Positions 36,363-36,643 of a stretch of 36,643 nucleotides of DNA are shown here, piece by piece; positions within the stretch are counted from its first letter, which is position 1, and the number at the start of each line of letters is the position of its first letter. A program made the translations under genes and the position numbers. The notes under the pieces were generated by a model. It had not been told where the DNA came from, did not search any database, and was given only the letters and a program-made list of their open reading frames with translations. This stretch comes from Octopus bimaculoides. Taxonomy: Eukaryota. Location of the stretch: positions 7,535,241 through 7,571,883 of the forward strand of contig NC_068997.1 in assembly GCF_001194135.2 (NCBI RefSeq), written 5' to 3'.

Positions 36363-36643
36363 CTTACTTACAAACTGGATCTAGTCTAGAAGTCTTTTGC
36401 CTAAAGGCCAACTCGGTCAGACCTCCATGTTTGATGTGTTCCGTCTAAAAAAGGCAGTAATAATCGAAGAAAATCTATTGGAACTGCATCGGTTTTGGAA
36501 AGTTGGCGTGTTCGTACATAGATGAGAGGAAAGTGAGTGCGGGAAACGAGGAAGAACTCCAAAGATACAATAACGCCATTGCAGTATTAAGTGAGAACTA
36601 GCAACCTGACGAAGGAAAAAAGGACAGAAACCGGATCCAGCAA

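Noticed and set aside
36606-36643. CTGACGA...GAAACCGGATC at the window end; ACAGAAACCGGATC also at ~22435-22450 on the minus strand
   Set aside because: No stem II pairing and the sequence is truncated by the window edge.

Overview
AT-rich, microsatellite-saturated animal DNA from a gapped draft assembly (11 N-runs, most next to simple repeats). The SINE types and repeat density suggest an octopus/coleoid genome; this is inference, not verified. I find no intact protein-coding gene, rRNA, true tRNA or CRISPR array, and most supplied ORFs are microsatellite or gap artefacts. The window holds decayed transposons: two Penelope-like retroelements (RT +/- GIY-YIG), a pogo/Tigger transposase, a DD34D mariner, an internally deleted maT/DD37D-like element, a hAT MITE with an 8-bp TSD and several tRNA-derived SINEs. 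The main discovery is RNA structure. Two related type I hammerhead ribozymes lie in inverted orientation at 10.2 and 10.6 kb, with three compensatory base-pair changes, inside a ~344-bp tandem/inverted unit resembling a retrozyme or Penelope pseudo-LTR. Unrelated hammerhead motifs occur at 14.8 and 29.1 kb, with decayed ones at 18.1 and 34.3 kb. A 332-bp fold-back element at 14.4 kb has strand-biased G-U mismatches and two palindromic RFX X-box-type motifs. All alignments and folds were done by eye.
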